The position numbers were made by a program, and so were the translations under genes. Positions 38,301 to 50,675 of a DNA stretch of 64,000 nt are shown piece after piece. Positions within the stretch are counted from its first letter, which is position 1. The number at the start of each line of letters is the position of its first letter. A model generated the notes under the pieces. The model saw only the letters and a list, made by a program, of their open reading frames with translations. It ran no database searches and was not told where the DNA came from. Source of the DNA: Oikopleura dioica (taxonomy: Eukaryota > Animalia > Chordata); assembly GCA_907165135.1 (NCBI GenBank), contig OU015569.1:12214001-12278000 (forward strand), written 5' to 3'.

Positions 38301-39776
38301 AACTTTTCCTGGGAGGTAGAAAAAGAAGTCACTAATATGATTCTCTCTGACACTCTCTGTATCACCGGGAGTCGGATAGTTACCCTTAGAATTCCGCGCA
38401 GAATTTCTTTAATTTTGGTATCGTAGTCGCGCGTTGTCTTGTGCTTGAGTAGGCAGCACGGATCGGAGGGACTTCTGCGACGTAAAGATTCGGATGAGTT
38501 CTCTTTTCCTCCAGGCTCTGTTTTGCCCAGACACAGATTTTGAAACTTGAAATTCACCAGATTGTCGGAGTAGTTTTCCACCAATCTGAGGAACTCATCT
38601 GGGGAGGAATAACGGTCGTTGCGAAGAAACTTAAAATTGTAATTTTGATAGATATTTTTGAATTTTTGGCTCGGAAACCTGTGTTCCAAACCAGATAGAG
38701 ATCGAGAAGCCGCAATTATCCCATAATTTTTCCAACTTACTTTGGTGAGGTCCTTGACCCATTTCTGGAATTTCTTGTCCCAGGCATCGTTGTCGATCCG
38801 ATTCGTCAAGAAGCCATCTTCAGTCGCGACCGGGCGTGAATCCTTCAAAGCCCAGTGCCGCAGCCTTTCGCAAAAAGACGACTCGTCGATGACCTTGTCG
38901 TAGTGCAGCGCGTTGACGCAGAGATTGTGCGGCCCGTTGCCTTCGCTCGGCGAGGAGCAGTACTTGTTGTAGATCTGGTTGTGCTTCAGGTGGTTGGTGT
39001 GGATGTCTTCTGGGTGGAAGAGGACGTAGATCTCGCGCTTCAAATAGACCTTCTTTTCTTTCCACTGGTCGCTGATCTTGTCACGTGTCCACCGAGGAAT
39101 TTGCACTCGTCCGTCCTAAATTTTAAGTTAAAATTTAATGCGATTTTTCGTCTTGAATTTTTTCTTCTATACCCTTCGTTTCACTTACCTTCGTTTTCGC
39201 ATCAATTCTTATGCAGGGTTGTTTCCGAAGAAGATCAATTTTTTCCTCCTTTTCGAACATGTCTTTTGTGTTGACAACATCGACGATTTTCTCGCAGAGC
39301 TCTTTGAACTTGTCCTCCGCGCCGCCTTTTGAAATGTCGACTCTTCTGAGCCGCGTTCTGATTGCCTGAGTTTGAGTTAGAAAAATGCTAAGCAGAGCGT
39401 TGAGCTGGCTCAACTGAGCAGAAGTAGCTCAGCTCAAAGAACTGCTAACTCTATCCTGCGCGATTTCTTCCAACTGGCTGTCTGAGTAAATATCTCCATC
39501 TTGGTTTCTCCTTCTTTCGCTGCTGGCGGTGCCGTCTTGGACATGATTGACGATGGAGATGAACCAGTTCTTGAATTGGAACTCTTTCAATTTGTGCTCG
39601 CTCTGGATTTTCTCCGAGGCGGCGCGGTGCAGCGTCAGCCCGCTGATAGGCAGCCCATCGAAGGAGCAACCCGGCTCGCCGAAACCGTCGCCATCCAAGC
39701 AGTAGTTTTCCTGCTTGATCGAGATCTCGTGGAACTGATTCTCGCCGCACTGGAAGAGCACGCGTTCGGAATCCAT
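35322..39776 (-). CDS. Large multi-exon hypothetical protein (possibly more than one gene)
   Basis: Successive minus-strand ORFs (39429-39803, 39135-39413, 38252-39106, 37664-38101, about 36490-36940, 35712-35951, final exon 35322-35425) with splice signals. Includes a GA-AG intron at 36728-36661. No family recognised. Confidence 0.45.
35502..35729. mobile_element. Long MITE-A copy with 8-bp TSD ATATCCAT
   Basis: TIR pair, with identical TSD at 35494-35501 and 35730-35737. Confidence 0.93.
37295..37532. mobile_element. Long MITE-A copy with 8-bp TSD CCCTTATT
   Basis: TIR pair, with identical TSD at 37287-37294 and 37533-37540. Confidence 0.93.
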
Positions 39777-42381
39777 GTCGCTAAAGAAAAAAGTGTCTCG
39801 CAAAAAGTGTCTTGAAAAAAAGGAAATTCATTCACCAAATGGATTTTTCACGATTCATGCAAGAAAAATCCAGGAAAAAAAAGACAACTATAAATGAAAG
39901 AAACACCAAGCTGGATTACTGTTACTGTAAATGAAACTGAAAACGAACAACTATGAATTCTGATATTCAAGTCTTTCTACTTGTCAACTTGACTTTACAT
40001 GGTGATACCCTTAGCTTTAATATTATTTTGATAGCATTATAAAGATAAGGGTTTGAACTTTCTACTGACGGAACAAAATAAGGGTGTCATAACGATAGCC
40101 TCTAAATATGAAGAAATTTCATCGAGAAAGCTCGATATTTTATTGACTAGTTTAGATCTTCTAGTGTTAGAATGAAGCTTTTATTTGAGTCAATTTGGAT
40201 GCGATTGAGCTTGACTAGAATTTTCACTTTGATAAAAGTTATTGATCGAATAATTTCCAATATCTCTGTCCAAACCGACTAATAAAAATATAAAAAAGCG
40301 GCAAAGAATTTGATTTATCTATTTTTAGATTTTCCTATATTGAAGTTGTTTCCGTTATTTTCAATATTTTTTATTAAAAATCATGGTTTTTGATTTTTCG
40401 AAATATTAATTTTTAAAAAGCTGAATTTACGCACCGGTTAGAATAATTCGCAGCGGTATCCTCCTGCTCCTTCTATCTCGCGCTACAGGCAGAAAAAGGA
40501 GGATACCGCCGATCAGTCATCCACAAAAGGAAGATTCAGAGGGCGTTAGCATTGAACGCATTCTCTTTATCTTTGGGGGGTAGACATCGTTGACGCGCTT
40601 TTTCCAGCAGCTTTAAATCCTTGAACTAACATCATGACACCCTTATTTTTTTCCAAAAACTATCATTCGAAAATCATACAACTGTTCAATAGCGAAAAAT
40701 TCTCTTTGAATAAGGGTGTCACTATAATAGCTCTGCATTAAAAAAAAGTCAGCTGGAAGAACGAAATTAACGACATCTACGGTAGATCATTCATTGTCGT
40801 ATTGAAATAAGCTCGATCCAAAAATTGAAAAGCCGCCTGCGGCTTTTAGGAGAAATAAGCGCGGCTTTTTCCTTTTGGAGCTCGAAGCCGCAAGCGGCTT
40901 TTTGACTTTTGGCTCGAATTTCTTTTCAGTGAAAACAGATGATCTACCCCCGTAAATTTTGTGGAGCGAGAAAAATACAGAACTCGAGAACCTACAGTAG
41001 TTCTAGCGTGTTTTTAAAACCTACTGTTGCTTAGTCAGAGTGATCAACCGACGTTTGAGGTCAATAGAAGGTTGTCCAATCCTAAAAGCAAATCATTTTG
41101 CAAATCACTTTCAAACAAATGAAAGTAGAAACTCAGCATTAACCCACGCCCGACGCGCCGGTCGACGATGGGTTAAGTCTCGGTTAGAGTGAGTGAGGTG
41201 GTGAGTCGAGGAATCAACAATTTCTAGCCAGACAGGAAGAAATTCTCGGCTTTTTTTTGGGTACCTGATGAAGTCATTCGGAAAACCGTTGAGGAGCTGG
41301 AAGCAACTTGTGTCGAGCTTTTGTGGAATCAAAATTTCAGATTTATTAATCATCATTTTTTTCATATGTAAAGTGATAAACAGCCTTCTGCGCTCGGCAG
41401 CCAAGGCAGAAAACCTGAGCCAGGGTCCTAAAAGAGCTTATAAAAAGCCGTCCATTCTGGCGAAAGCTCTCGCAGGACCCTGACTCAGGTTTTTTCCACA
41501 GGGTACCAAGACAGACACCACTAAGTCTCCTCATGTATTTGGATGTATTTGAATGTCTCTGGATGTCGCTTGACATCTAAAAATGTTCATCGATGCCCCT
41601 GAATGTCCGTCAAATAAACTGACATTCAGTGACATTAAGAGACATTAACATTCATTTCGAGATGTTAAGCGACATCCAGAGACATTCATTGACATTTCAA
41701 AACATCAAAGCACAAAATACTTTCTTTCAAGTCTAAATTCTAGCGTTTGATCCCTTTCCGGAGACTGTTGAAAAGTAGTTATCGGAGAAATTTCTTGCTT
41801 CAGCGTTTGTTGCTTTTTTGGATGCTTTTTTTTTCAGAATCAAAAATATTTATTTGTTGATAAAAATTGATAAAAGCATCCCTTTCCTGGCAAGTGTAAG
41901 GCTGCGGCGGCAAGTTTGCTCGATTCTGACTCGTGTAAATTGGAGTTTGACGTTTGGATGGGTTGTTAACGTTCCAGCTGTCCGAGTTGTGCGCCCCGCC
42001 GACTTGGTCTTTGTTTCGTTTGCTCCGGTGTACCTGAGTAAAATTTAGATCAATTAATCAAAAATCGGTTTTGACTAGCTAAAAGGGGATCAGATCCGTC
42101 ATTCTGTCCACGTGATGGCTGCCTTTTCTAGCAGTTTTTAGTCAAAATAATCGATGATAAAAAGGTTGAAATTGATATGAAATAAGGGTGACACCCTTGT
42201 TTATTAAATCAAATTAAGATAAGGGCTTGTACATTAAACTTTCTTTTCCCAAATGGCATAAGGGTGTCACTTCTGTTTGGTTTATGAAAGTAGACTTTAT
42301 TCGAGGTATTAACGTGGTGATACCCTTAATTATTTGCGCTAAAACTATGTTCGGAGTTTAAACGAGCTTTTTATAAAATTA

Positions 42382-42590
42382 AATAAGGGTGTCAACATGT
42401 TAACACTCCAATAAATGCGACTTTTCTCAGAGTGTTAGCATGGTGACACCCTTATTTCATTTTCTCTTTGGTTTTAGCGGGATGAGATCAGGGTTCATAC
42501 ATTTGGGAAAAATGAAATAAGGGTGTCACAATGCTAACAGTCTAATAAATGTGATTTTTCTCAAGGTGTTAGCATGTTGACACCCTTATT
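42382..42590. mobile_element. Pair of about 75-bp mini-MITEs (family B, TIR AATAAGGGTGTCA)
   Basis: AATAAGGGTGTCA...TGACACCCTTATT occurs twice. The same motif recurs near 645, 13770, 40080, 40635, 40710, 42180, 44415-44525, 44805, 47250 and 55614. Confidence 0.75.
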
Positions 42591-43416
42591 TTTTCCGAAA
42601 TGTATGAACGCTGGTATCATCCCGCTAAAACCAAAGAGAAAGTTCAAAATGGACGTGTTTGGCTTCCAGGTCAAGTGGAGGTCCAGTGTTGTCAATGTCT
42701 GCGAGACAGTCGCTTTTTTCGCGACCTTGCGAAAGGAGAAAGAAAGAAAAACGACGTGACCAGTCTTTTTGCTTCAAATCGAAACTTTCTTTTCAATTAA
42801 AAAATTGATAAAAAGGGAAAATAAAAACGAGGCGCGCCCGAATTTCAAATTTACCTGAACCGGATCCCTGTAGCCGTAAAAGTTGTCCATCTCTGTAGGA
42901 AATGACTGTCGACTCTGCTGGAATTTGAATTCTTCGCCTGATGGCGAAATGGATCAGGCTGGACTCTCTCTTTCTGAAACAAAAATTGATGACTTCATCG
43001 CTATTTTTTATCACGCTCCGGGCAAAAGAAAATTTTTGAGTCGAAAATTTCTTAGGAAAAAAATAACAAAAAAATGGCTCTTTTTTTAATTTTTGGAATT
43101 AATGATTCATAAATCAAATTTTTAAAAGAAAATTATTTTTTGATTCTCTTACTCACTTTGTTGAGTTCTGATTCGTGGCTCAGGAGAGTTTGTGACCACC
43201 TGGTTCATCGGCCGCTTCTCGCTCTTGTGGGCGGGCTGCGTCCGAGCTTCGCATAAATCTGACTCTGAAAAAGGAAATAAGACGCTTCTTAGTAATTCGC
43301 TCGACTCGAATCGCAAAATCAGCCGAAAGCTGGCCAAAGGATTTTTCCGACGGTCAGCAGCGCTATTTTCGAAGGTACATGCAAACAAGTTAATCAATAC
43401 AATCGATTAATTAAAA

Positions 43417-43935
43417 ATTACGCTCGCTAATTTGATTACTTATTAAATAATAATTATGATTTTAGTTTTGACCCAGAATTAAAATTTATTCTTAAATAAT
43501 TTTAAATTAATATAATTAATTTGATTCTTAATAAAATGATAATAATAATAATAGTTTGATTACTAAAAATTAAAATAAATTTCTAATAATTAATCAATTA
43601 ACTAAGGGTGCCCTTAAATTTGTTTTGCTTTTATCTCAGATATCAAATTAAATATCAAATTATTTATTATAATAATATTTACAATTTTAATAATAAATAA
43701 TTTGATATTTGAACCAAGATTGAAATAAAACAAATTTAAGGGCTCCCTTACGTAATTGATAAATTATTAGAAATAAATGTTAATTTTTATAAATAAACTA
43801 TTATTATTATTATCATTTTATTAAGAATCAAATTAATAATATTAATTTAGAATTAATTACGAATGTATTTTAATTCTGGGTCAAAACTATAATCATACTT
43901 ATTATTTAATCAATAATCAAATTTACAAGCGTAAT
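43417..43935. repeat. About 520-bp extremely AT-rich foldback palindrome
   Basis: Arms mirror each other, e.g. TTTTGACCCAGAATTAAAAT / ATTTTAATTCTGGGTCAAAA and TAAGGGTGCCCTTAAATTTG / CAAATTTAAGGGCTCCCTTA. Confidence 0.85.
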
Positions 43936-45311
43936 AAATCGAGAATATCATTTTTTCTATCAAATTCTATATCTAAAAATATCATTTTCCCAATTTTAAA
44001 CGCGATGAAATGATAATTCCTAAGATAGTAGTAATTAGCGGGGAATGTAGCATGAGTCGCTGCTGATGATGAGTTTCGATCGTTTGTATTCTCACCGTAG
44101 TAATTCCGCTTTCACGCACGTTTCTTTCTCCCAGAGGCGGGGAAGAGGCCCGCTTCTTTCTTTTTTCGATAGGGATGGCTAAAAAGGGGGACGTTTCTTC
44201 GTTTTTCTCTCTCTTTTTCGCAGAAAAAATGAATGAAAGAATGAAAATTGAAGAGGCAAGTTGAGAGAGATTGGGTGGGAGAGACTCGGGTGGCGATTGT
44301 CGCAACACGAGTGGCTCTTTAGTTCCACTGTCTGCCAGACGCGCAAATCGCCAAAATCTCGGAATCGAAAAGTCACGGCCTTGAGGAAAAACGCTAGAAT
44401 CGTCGACTCGATTAAGGGTGTCAACGTGCTTTTGCCGGTTTTTCGAACCCGGTTCGCACACTCGTTATTTCATTTGCTATTAGTCGTTTTTAAGAAAAGC
44501 TCTTTTTGAAGCGTTGACACCCTTAAATCTAAAAATCAACCTCTAAAATACCATCAGGGACTCGCCAAAAACTGTTGTTAATTCGACTCTAAGGCCGCTT
44601 TATTAAGATAAATAGAAAAATAAAAATAATGAATTTTGAGTTTTGAGCTTTGAATTTAGAATTTATTCCAAAATAAAACACTTCCAACATACAATTCTTC
44701 TCGTTGAAAAGCTCAGTTTATAATTTAATTTGCTCAACTCGCCAAGCATAAAACCAACGTCACTTGAGTAATACAGTTTTTGAACTTCCGAATTTAGCAC
44801 GTTGACACCCTTATTATTGAAAAGACTGAAAGGAAACCTTATTTCTGAGTTTTAGAATATTTTATTTTTTAATAAAAATTTCATTAAAAATTTTCCTGTT
44901 TTTTGAAAACTGAAAATTTGGGATGGAAGTTATTCAAATTGAGGAGTTTTTCAAACGAGGATATTCTGGATCACATGCGCTTTTTCGTTGAGCGTGAACT
45001 TGGGGAGTTACGTAACTTGTGATGGATGATCTAATCAGCAGGGCAAATATAATTGAGATCGATGGAAAACGCGATTAGCCCCCCTTGTCTCTTGCTCCAT
45101 TTTTCTGATTTAGCAATTAATGAACACATAAAATTTCCCTCTAAATAAACATAAGGGCCTATACCCTTATTCTATGTTTCTTGAAATTCCAGATCTTGGC
45201 TAGTCAACCTGTGTAGACAACATAAGTCAGGACCCTGACTCAGGTTTTCTGGACAGGTTTTTGAAAGTAAGAAGAGATTGAGCTGATCGAGTTTTCTGTA
45301 CTGTAACAACA

Positions 45312-45507
45312 TGAGCTCGGTAACCTGAGTAGAAAACCTGAGTCGGGGTTCTAAAAGAGTAAAATGAAAAACCGCGTAGCGGCTTTTTTTAAAAACGAAG
45401 CCGCGAAGCCGCTTCGCCAAAGTTACTAACTCAATGAATTATTTTAACTAGCTACGCGGCTTTTCATTTTACTTTTTTAGAACCCTGACTCAGGTTTCCG
45501 AGCCCAG
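45312..45507. mobile_element. MITE-A copy (a partial copy also lies at about 45195-45260)
   Basis: TIR pair with internal AAGCCGC/GCGGCTT modules. Confidence 0.75.
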
Positions 45508-46251
45508 GTAACAACTCAGTGCACTCAGTGTTTATCGTTACCTTTAATTGAACTGAGAAGAACTCCCGTGACTCCCGCGACAGAAAAGAATAACCCAGTA
45601 GGCGCAAGTAGGACTCAGTAGGCTAGTAAAGAGCAGCAAAGATTATGGAACGTCTGGGAATTTGTTTGTTTGCGACTTCTTTTAAAAATGCGAAGTCCGC
45701 CATCTATTCGGCGCCAAGGCGCGGGCTTATGAAATCCTTATGAAACGAACTCGGAATCTTCCCACGAGCTGATCGTGAAAACATGGAAGACTACCGCATT
45801 TCCCCTCCTTTTTTTTCAACTCCTGCTCGAATAACTCAAGCCTGGGTTCTTTCTCAAGTCCGGAAAGCTCTAAAAAGCTTCAAAAAAGTGCCTATTTTTC
45901 GAAAGTTTGACGAAAGAAAAATACGTTTTCGGGAAGTATTTTCATTGAATAAAGAAAAATTGGCAAAGAGAAGGAGTAAGTGCTTTTTATTTCGAGTTTT
46001 TGATGAAATCGAAAATGCACATCAAAAATTGCTTCAATCAATTTCGAAATAAGAATTGCTCGATTCAGTTCTTGCGTTTTTTAAAACATTTTTCGGGATA
46101 TTTATTGGAAAGGGCGAGCCTAGAATTCACTTTGATTCGGAATCGGCTAAGTTAGGGTTAGGGAGAATAATTTATTCTGGAGAAGAAAAGGCTAAAGAGG
46201 GATTTGACGCAAAATTTCGAGGATATTATTATACTACCATTATTTACAGTG

Positions 46252-46343
46252 CAGTGGTTTTCCGAAATAAGAGGACTTTTTGGATGACAGGGGCAGATGA
46301 AAAGTCCTCTTATTTCGGGTCCTCTTAACTCGGAAAACCACTG
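46252..46343. mobile_element. Short TIR mini-element
   Basis: CAGTGGTTTTCCGA ... TCGGAAAACCACTG, with internal inverted arms AATAAGAGGACTTTT / AAAAGTCCTCTTATT. Confidence 0.7.
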
Positions 46344-46940
46344 TAATCTATGGCATCTTGATCCGGAGGTCTTAATTTTATTGTTCACGCTTGAATTCCG
46401 AAAACTCCGGCTTTGGAAGGCAATCGCCTGTATCAGCGAGCTGAATTTATTCGTATCTCAAATATTCTTTTCTTCCCAAACAGTAACCTAACCGGTAAGG
46501 CTTTACTACCCCCCACTTCTAAGAAAAATGATAACCCTACGGGCCGTAGGCTACGGCATATTCCAACATTCACCTCCTTCGGATGCTTTTCCGGATCAGT
46601 ATTCAGAAGTAAGCGCAGTGACCTTAGTGTTACTTCAAAGATGAATCTATCATTTGTCTGGCTCCAGGAAGAGACGATAAAAGACCGTTGCGTCCTTAAC
46701 GATCCTTAAATGTTCTGATCAGAATCGATTTCTAATGCGCGCTCCAATCCGGTGTCAAGAAGTACAGTTTTTCTGCCTTTGTTTCTGTTGCTCATACACT
46801 GCTATCAAAGCCAGGCTGGTCTTAATATCAATACCGACGAAGTTCGTGTGCAAACAGAATGTCACTTTTCGCTACATGCGCAAACATGATGAGAGTCCTT
46901 TGCTCGAGAACAGAGTCTTAAACTTGTGCACACGAGAGAA

Positions 46941-48444
46941 ATGACAAAGGTACATAGCTTCTTTACCAAATCTCAATAAATCAAACTCGATAAAGAATTC
47001 CTAAAATATAAATTTAACGAGCTCGACAACCTGATAAAAAACCTGAGTCAGGCTCTGGAAAAGCTTAAATGAAAAACCGCGTAGCGGCTATTTTAAGAAC
47101 GAAGCCGCAAAGATAAACCATATTAATTTTCTTTAAACTCCTGCTGAAGCCGCTTTGCGGCTCCGTTTTTAAAAAAGCCGCTACGCGGCTTTTCATTTTA
47201 GCTCTTTCAGAGCCTGACTCAGGTTTTCTACTCACGTTGCCGAGCTCAGATAAGGGTGTCACTATAATAATGCCAGGTTTTAAAATGTTAGTAGATTCTT
47301 GATTTTTGTTAAAGGAACTTTACTAGGCAGAATTCTGCTTCGGAAACATTCTATTCGGGACATTCGGTCTCGTCCTGACGACATGTGGCGTCGCACTTAT
47401 GTGGGAATACATGGAAGACTGGGCGGGCGGAATTGAAGGCGGCTTCGACAATCCTGGCTCGAGTGAATATGGCAACTTTCACGTTTTATTTATGCTTTTT
47501 GCCTTTTTCCTTCCCTTTGCCATCGGAGCGGCTTCATTCAGGTTTTTGAAATTAACAACACTGACCCCTAAATTCGAGTTTATCCGATCATCGCTGACCA
47601 GACGCGCGGGCAATGACGACCTCTAACATTTACTCTAGGCTTTTTACGTTTGTTGACCGCTCGATTGCCAAGATTTTTCACGCTGTCTTCAATACAATCG
47701 GCTTGGGCGGAGCTATCGCTGGATTTTATGAAGGTTTTAGATCGAAATTTATTAAAAAAAAGTGCAAAAAAATAGCTTGATGGAAATATTCGACAGTGCT
47801 AAAAATGTCGCGAATGTCACGAATTTTACGACTGTCACGAATGTCACGATTTTGCTGAAAATGTCACGAATGCTATGAAAACTCGTTTCATTTTCGTGAC
47901 ATTTTCAGCAAAATCGTGACATTCGTGACATTCGTGACATTTTCAGTACTGACGGAAATATTCGCCATCAACAACGACTACTGTAGCTTATCGAAAAAAA
48001 TAAAAGATTCGATTTTCGAGCTCTGATGAAAGATTGAATACGACACGATCGAGATCAATGGCTACGACCATTTCAACTCCGCGCATACTTACATGGGCTT
48101 GCTCACTCTTGCCCTGTACCTTTTCCAGTGGATTTCGGGACTCGTTCTCTTCGCCATCTGTATCCCGTTCAAGGTAAATATTGATCGACATTTTGCAACA
48201 TTGGCAAAATACGTTTTTTAAGGGAACTGTAATGAGCGCCATCAAGAAGGGCTGGCTGCCGATTCACCGGCTCATTGGCCAGGCGCTCTTTTTGTTCTTG
48301 AGCGTGACGATCGTTTTGGGAATGATGATGAAGTTCGTCTACACTGGATTCATGGCCGACCCCGACCAGTTCCGACTCTCGAACATTGTCATGTCCTACT
48401 TCGTCGTCGGCGTTTGCACTTACGGAACTTATCTCATCACGTAG
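46941..48444 (+). CDS. Cytochrome b561 family membrane protein
   Basis: Four conserved heme His contexts: NFHVLFMLFAF, KIFHAVFNTIG, FNSAHTYMGLLTLALYLFQWISG, WLPIHRLIGQALFL. The first mini-exon MTK| is inferred. Confidence 0.85.
47018..47248. mobile_element. Intronic long MITE-A copy
   Basis: TIR pair and internal palindromic modules. Confidence 0.8.
47794..47951. repeat. Intronic foldback element built from TGTCACGA / TCGTGACA repeats
   Basis: CAGTGCTAAAAATGTC...GACATTTTCAGTACTG. A related TGTCGC/GCGACA foldback lies at about 37050-37285. Confidence 0.7.
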
Positions 48445-49092
48445 GCAACAAAAATAGGCATCAATTAACCGAATTCTTAGCGGTATTTTCCAACGAAAAG
48501 AAAAAAGCCAAGCTTCAACAGCTTCTTCGGCCGCTTATGTGGAAACAAACGATGCTTTTTCGCCGGATACAACAGTGAAGATCTAATTGTTTTGTTTCTA
48601 AACTTGCAACATTCAAATAAACTAATGAACATTGATAATGGATCTTGATTATATATTGCTGATTTGAACCAGCAGATCATATGAAAGAGAGGGAAAACAA
48701 TTAACGAAAATTGATTTTGATAATTTCAAAAAAAAATTTGCGGGCCCGGAAATCGTCAAAAAACTTCTTGATTATTTGTGTGGAGCTCGTTGAGACCAGT
48801 TGAACGATATAAAAAGTCCTGAAAATTCTAAGATTTTCTGCCGAAAAAGTGATAAGAAGGGAGCAAGTAATAGGCTTGAGCCAGTACAATCGAGTACCAC
48901 TGGACGCCATTCACATTTCGCAAGGATTAGACTCGCAGAAATTAGTAGATTACATGCAACTTGTCAAAGAAGGAAAGCTTGATGGAGAAGGACTACTGTA
49001 GTAGACTGTAACAGTCGTAATTTCTTCGACGTTTTCTTGCTCAATATTCAAAAAAGGTGTGATCGGCAAAACTCAATGAAATTTTGCTTAGA

Positions 49093-49698
49093 ATGAGATT
49101 GAGTCCGTCCGTTATTTCGTTCTTCCAATCGGCAGCAGCTCTTCTCAAAACATCACAAATCGAAAAAGAGCGTCTCCAAGGCTGTATTCTCGGCTTGTGA
49201 AAGACAGACGCGTTTTACTCTGACCTTGGCCTCGTATACGCTGATGAGCCTTCCGTGATTATCGATGAAATAGGCAACCCAAAGTTCTCCCCATACAAAG
49301 CAATTGATGAGTCGGGAATATATGTTTTTGAGAAGAAGCTTGAGAACCGAAAGTGCCTGATGGCTTTACCAGTAGCTCCTGTTCAACCTGAAAAAGTCTC
49401 GATGAAAAGTTTCGAAGCACTTGTTACGGAAATCAACAGAATCTGCAAGACATTTCGGAAAACAGATGGGAACTTGAACTTCAAGGGAATACACGAACAA
49501 GAGATTCTTAAAAATCTCTATAATTTTGACGGCCCCACGATGGAAAGTGTCAAGTTCTCCCGAGGTCCCTACGGAGAGTTCAAGCACTCGTATGTTGAGC
49601 AAAAGCGACCGCAGATGCTGTTGATACTTGGAAGGCATTCGACCTTTGGTAAAAGGAATATTTTCTCGAGAAATTGGAAGACGCGAAAATTTACGTGA
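49093..49698 (+). CDS. Hypothetical ORF with one in-frame TGA at 49198-49200
   Basis: The ATG at 49093 is in frame with ORF 49255-49698, separated only by a TGA. No family recognised. Confidence 0.3.
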
Positions 49699-50060
49699 AG
49701 CTTGGCGAGAGCGGTGTCTTTGAAGGACCCGAGGAGCGCGAATTATGGAAAGATGCGCAGGAAAACAAATTACCGGAAAAACTTACGACGATTTTCGATT
49801 TCCTGAGCATGTCATGGCCAGGCCGGGACATGTTCAGGTAGAAATGAGCAAAATCTTCGATCTGTTTCATACTTCCATCATTTACGCCGACGGCTGCCGC
49901 AGCCGCCCCCGCGCGAAACAAAATCAAGCCAAAAGCCAAAGATAACAAATTCGAGCGCAGTTGCAATCGAGGAGCCTTGAAATTTATTCCGTAGAGAAGT
50001 TTGAAGCTGTTCTACTGTTCCATTTATTTATATTATATTCACAATTTTTATATTTTTCGA

Positions 50061-50440
50061 AGAAGTTCGCTTTAGTAATTTTTACCTGGAGAAAGGTGCT
50101 CTCGACGTTGATTCCTTCCTGCGCCGAAGTTTCAAAATACTTGATTCTGTTTTGATCTGCGAAGCGCTGAGCTCTCAGCTTTGAAACCGCTCTTCGGTCC
50201 TCACAGTCGCATTTGGCCGCGACTAGGGCGGCAGTGATGTCTTCCGGCGCGTGCGTTTGGATACTTTCCAGCCAGTAGGAAACGTTTTCGAAGCTCTTTC
50301 AACTCTTTTCGCTCGTCATGTCGAAAACTAACATTATTCCATTCGAACCTCTAAAAATATGAAATCATTGTTAATCTTACTCAGTTATGCTCGCGCCTAT
50401 TAGTTTTCTCCTAGAGTTAATCCAGCAACGCCCTTATTTC
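50061..50440 (-). pseudogene. Isolated duplicate of Rab exon 3 plus flanking intron sequence
   Basis: Near-identical to about 55254-55627, with a 9-bp insertion. No matching Rab exons 1-2 or 4 nearby. Confidence 0.85.
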
Positions 50441-50675
50441 ATCTCTTCGGAGAAAATTTAAATCTTTATCTTGCTATTTCTTATCAAAGCTTGGTACTTG
50501 CTTGAAACTAGGCTCGGCTACCTGAGTAGAAAACCTGAGTCAGGCTCTTTGTTTCTGTTGCTCATACACTGCTCTCAAAGCCAGGCTGAAAAACTTTTTA
50601 ATCAGACATTATTTTCTATTAATTTTAATTAATTTGTTCTTATTTAGATAACTGAAATCGGGATGGAAAAAGAGA

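Noticed and set aside
46056-46328. 90-aa ORF as a gene
   Set aside because: Its 3' part is a palindromic mini-element (46252-46343), and no recognisable motifs support it.
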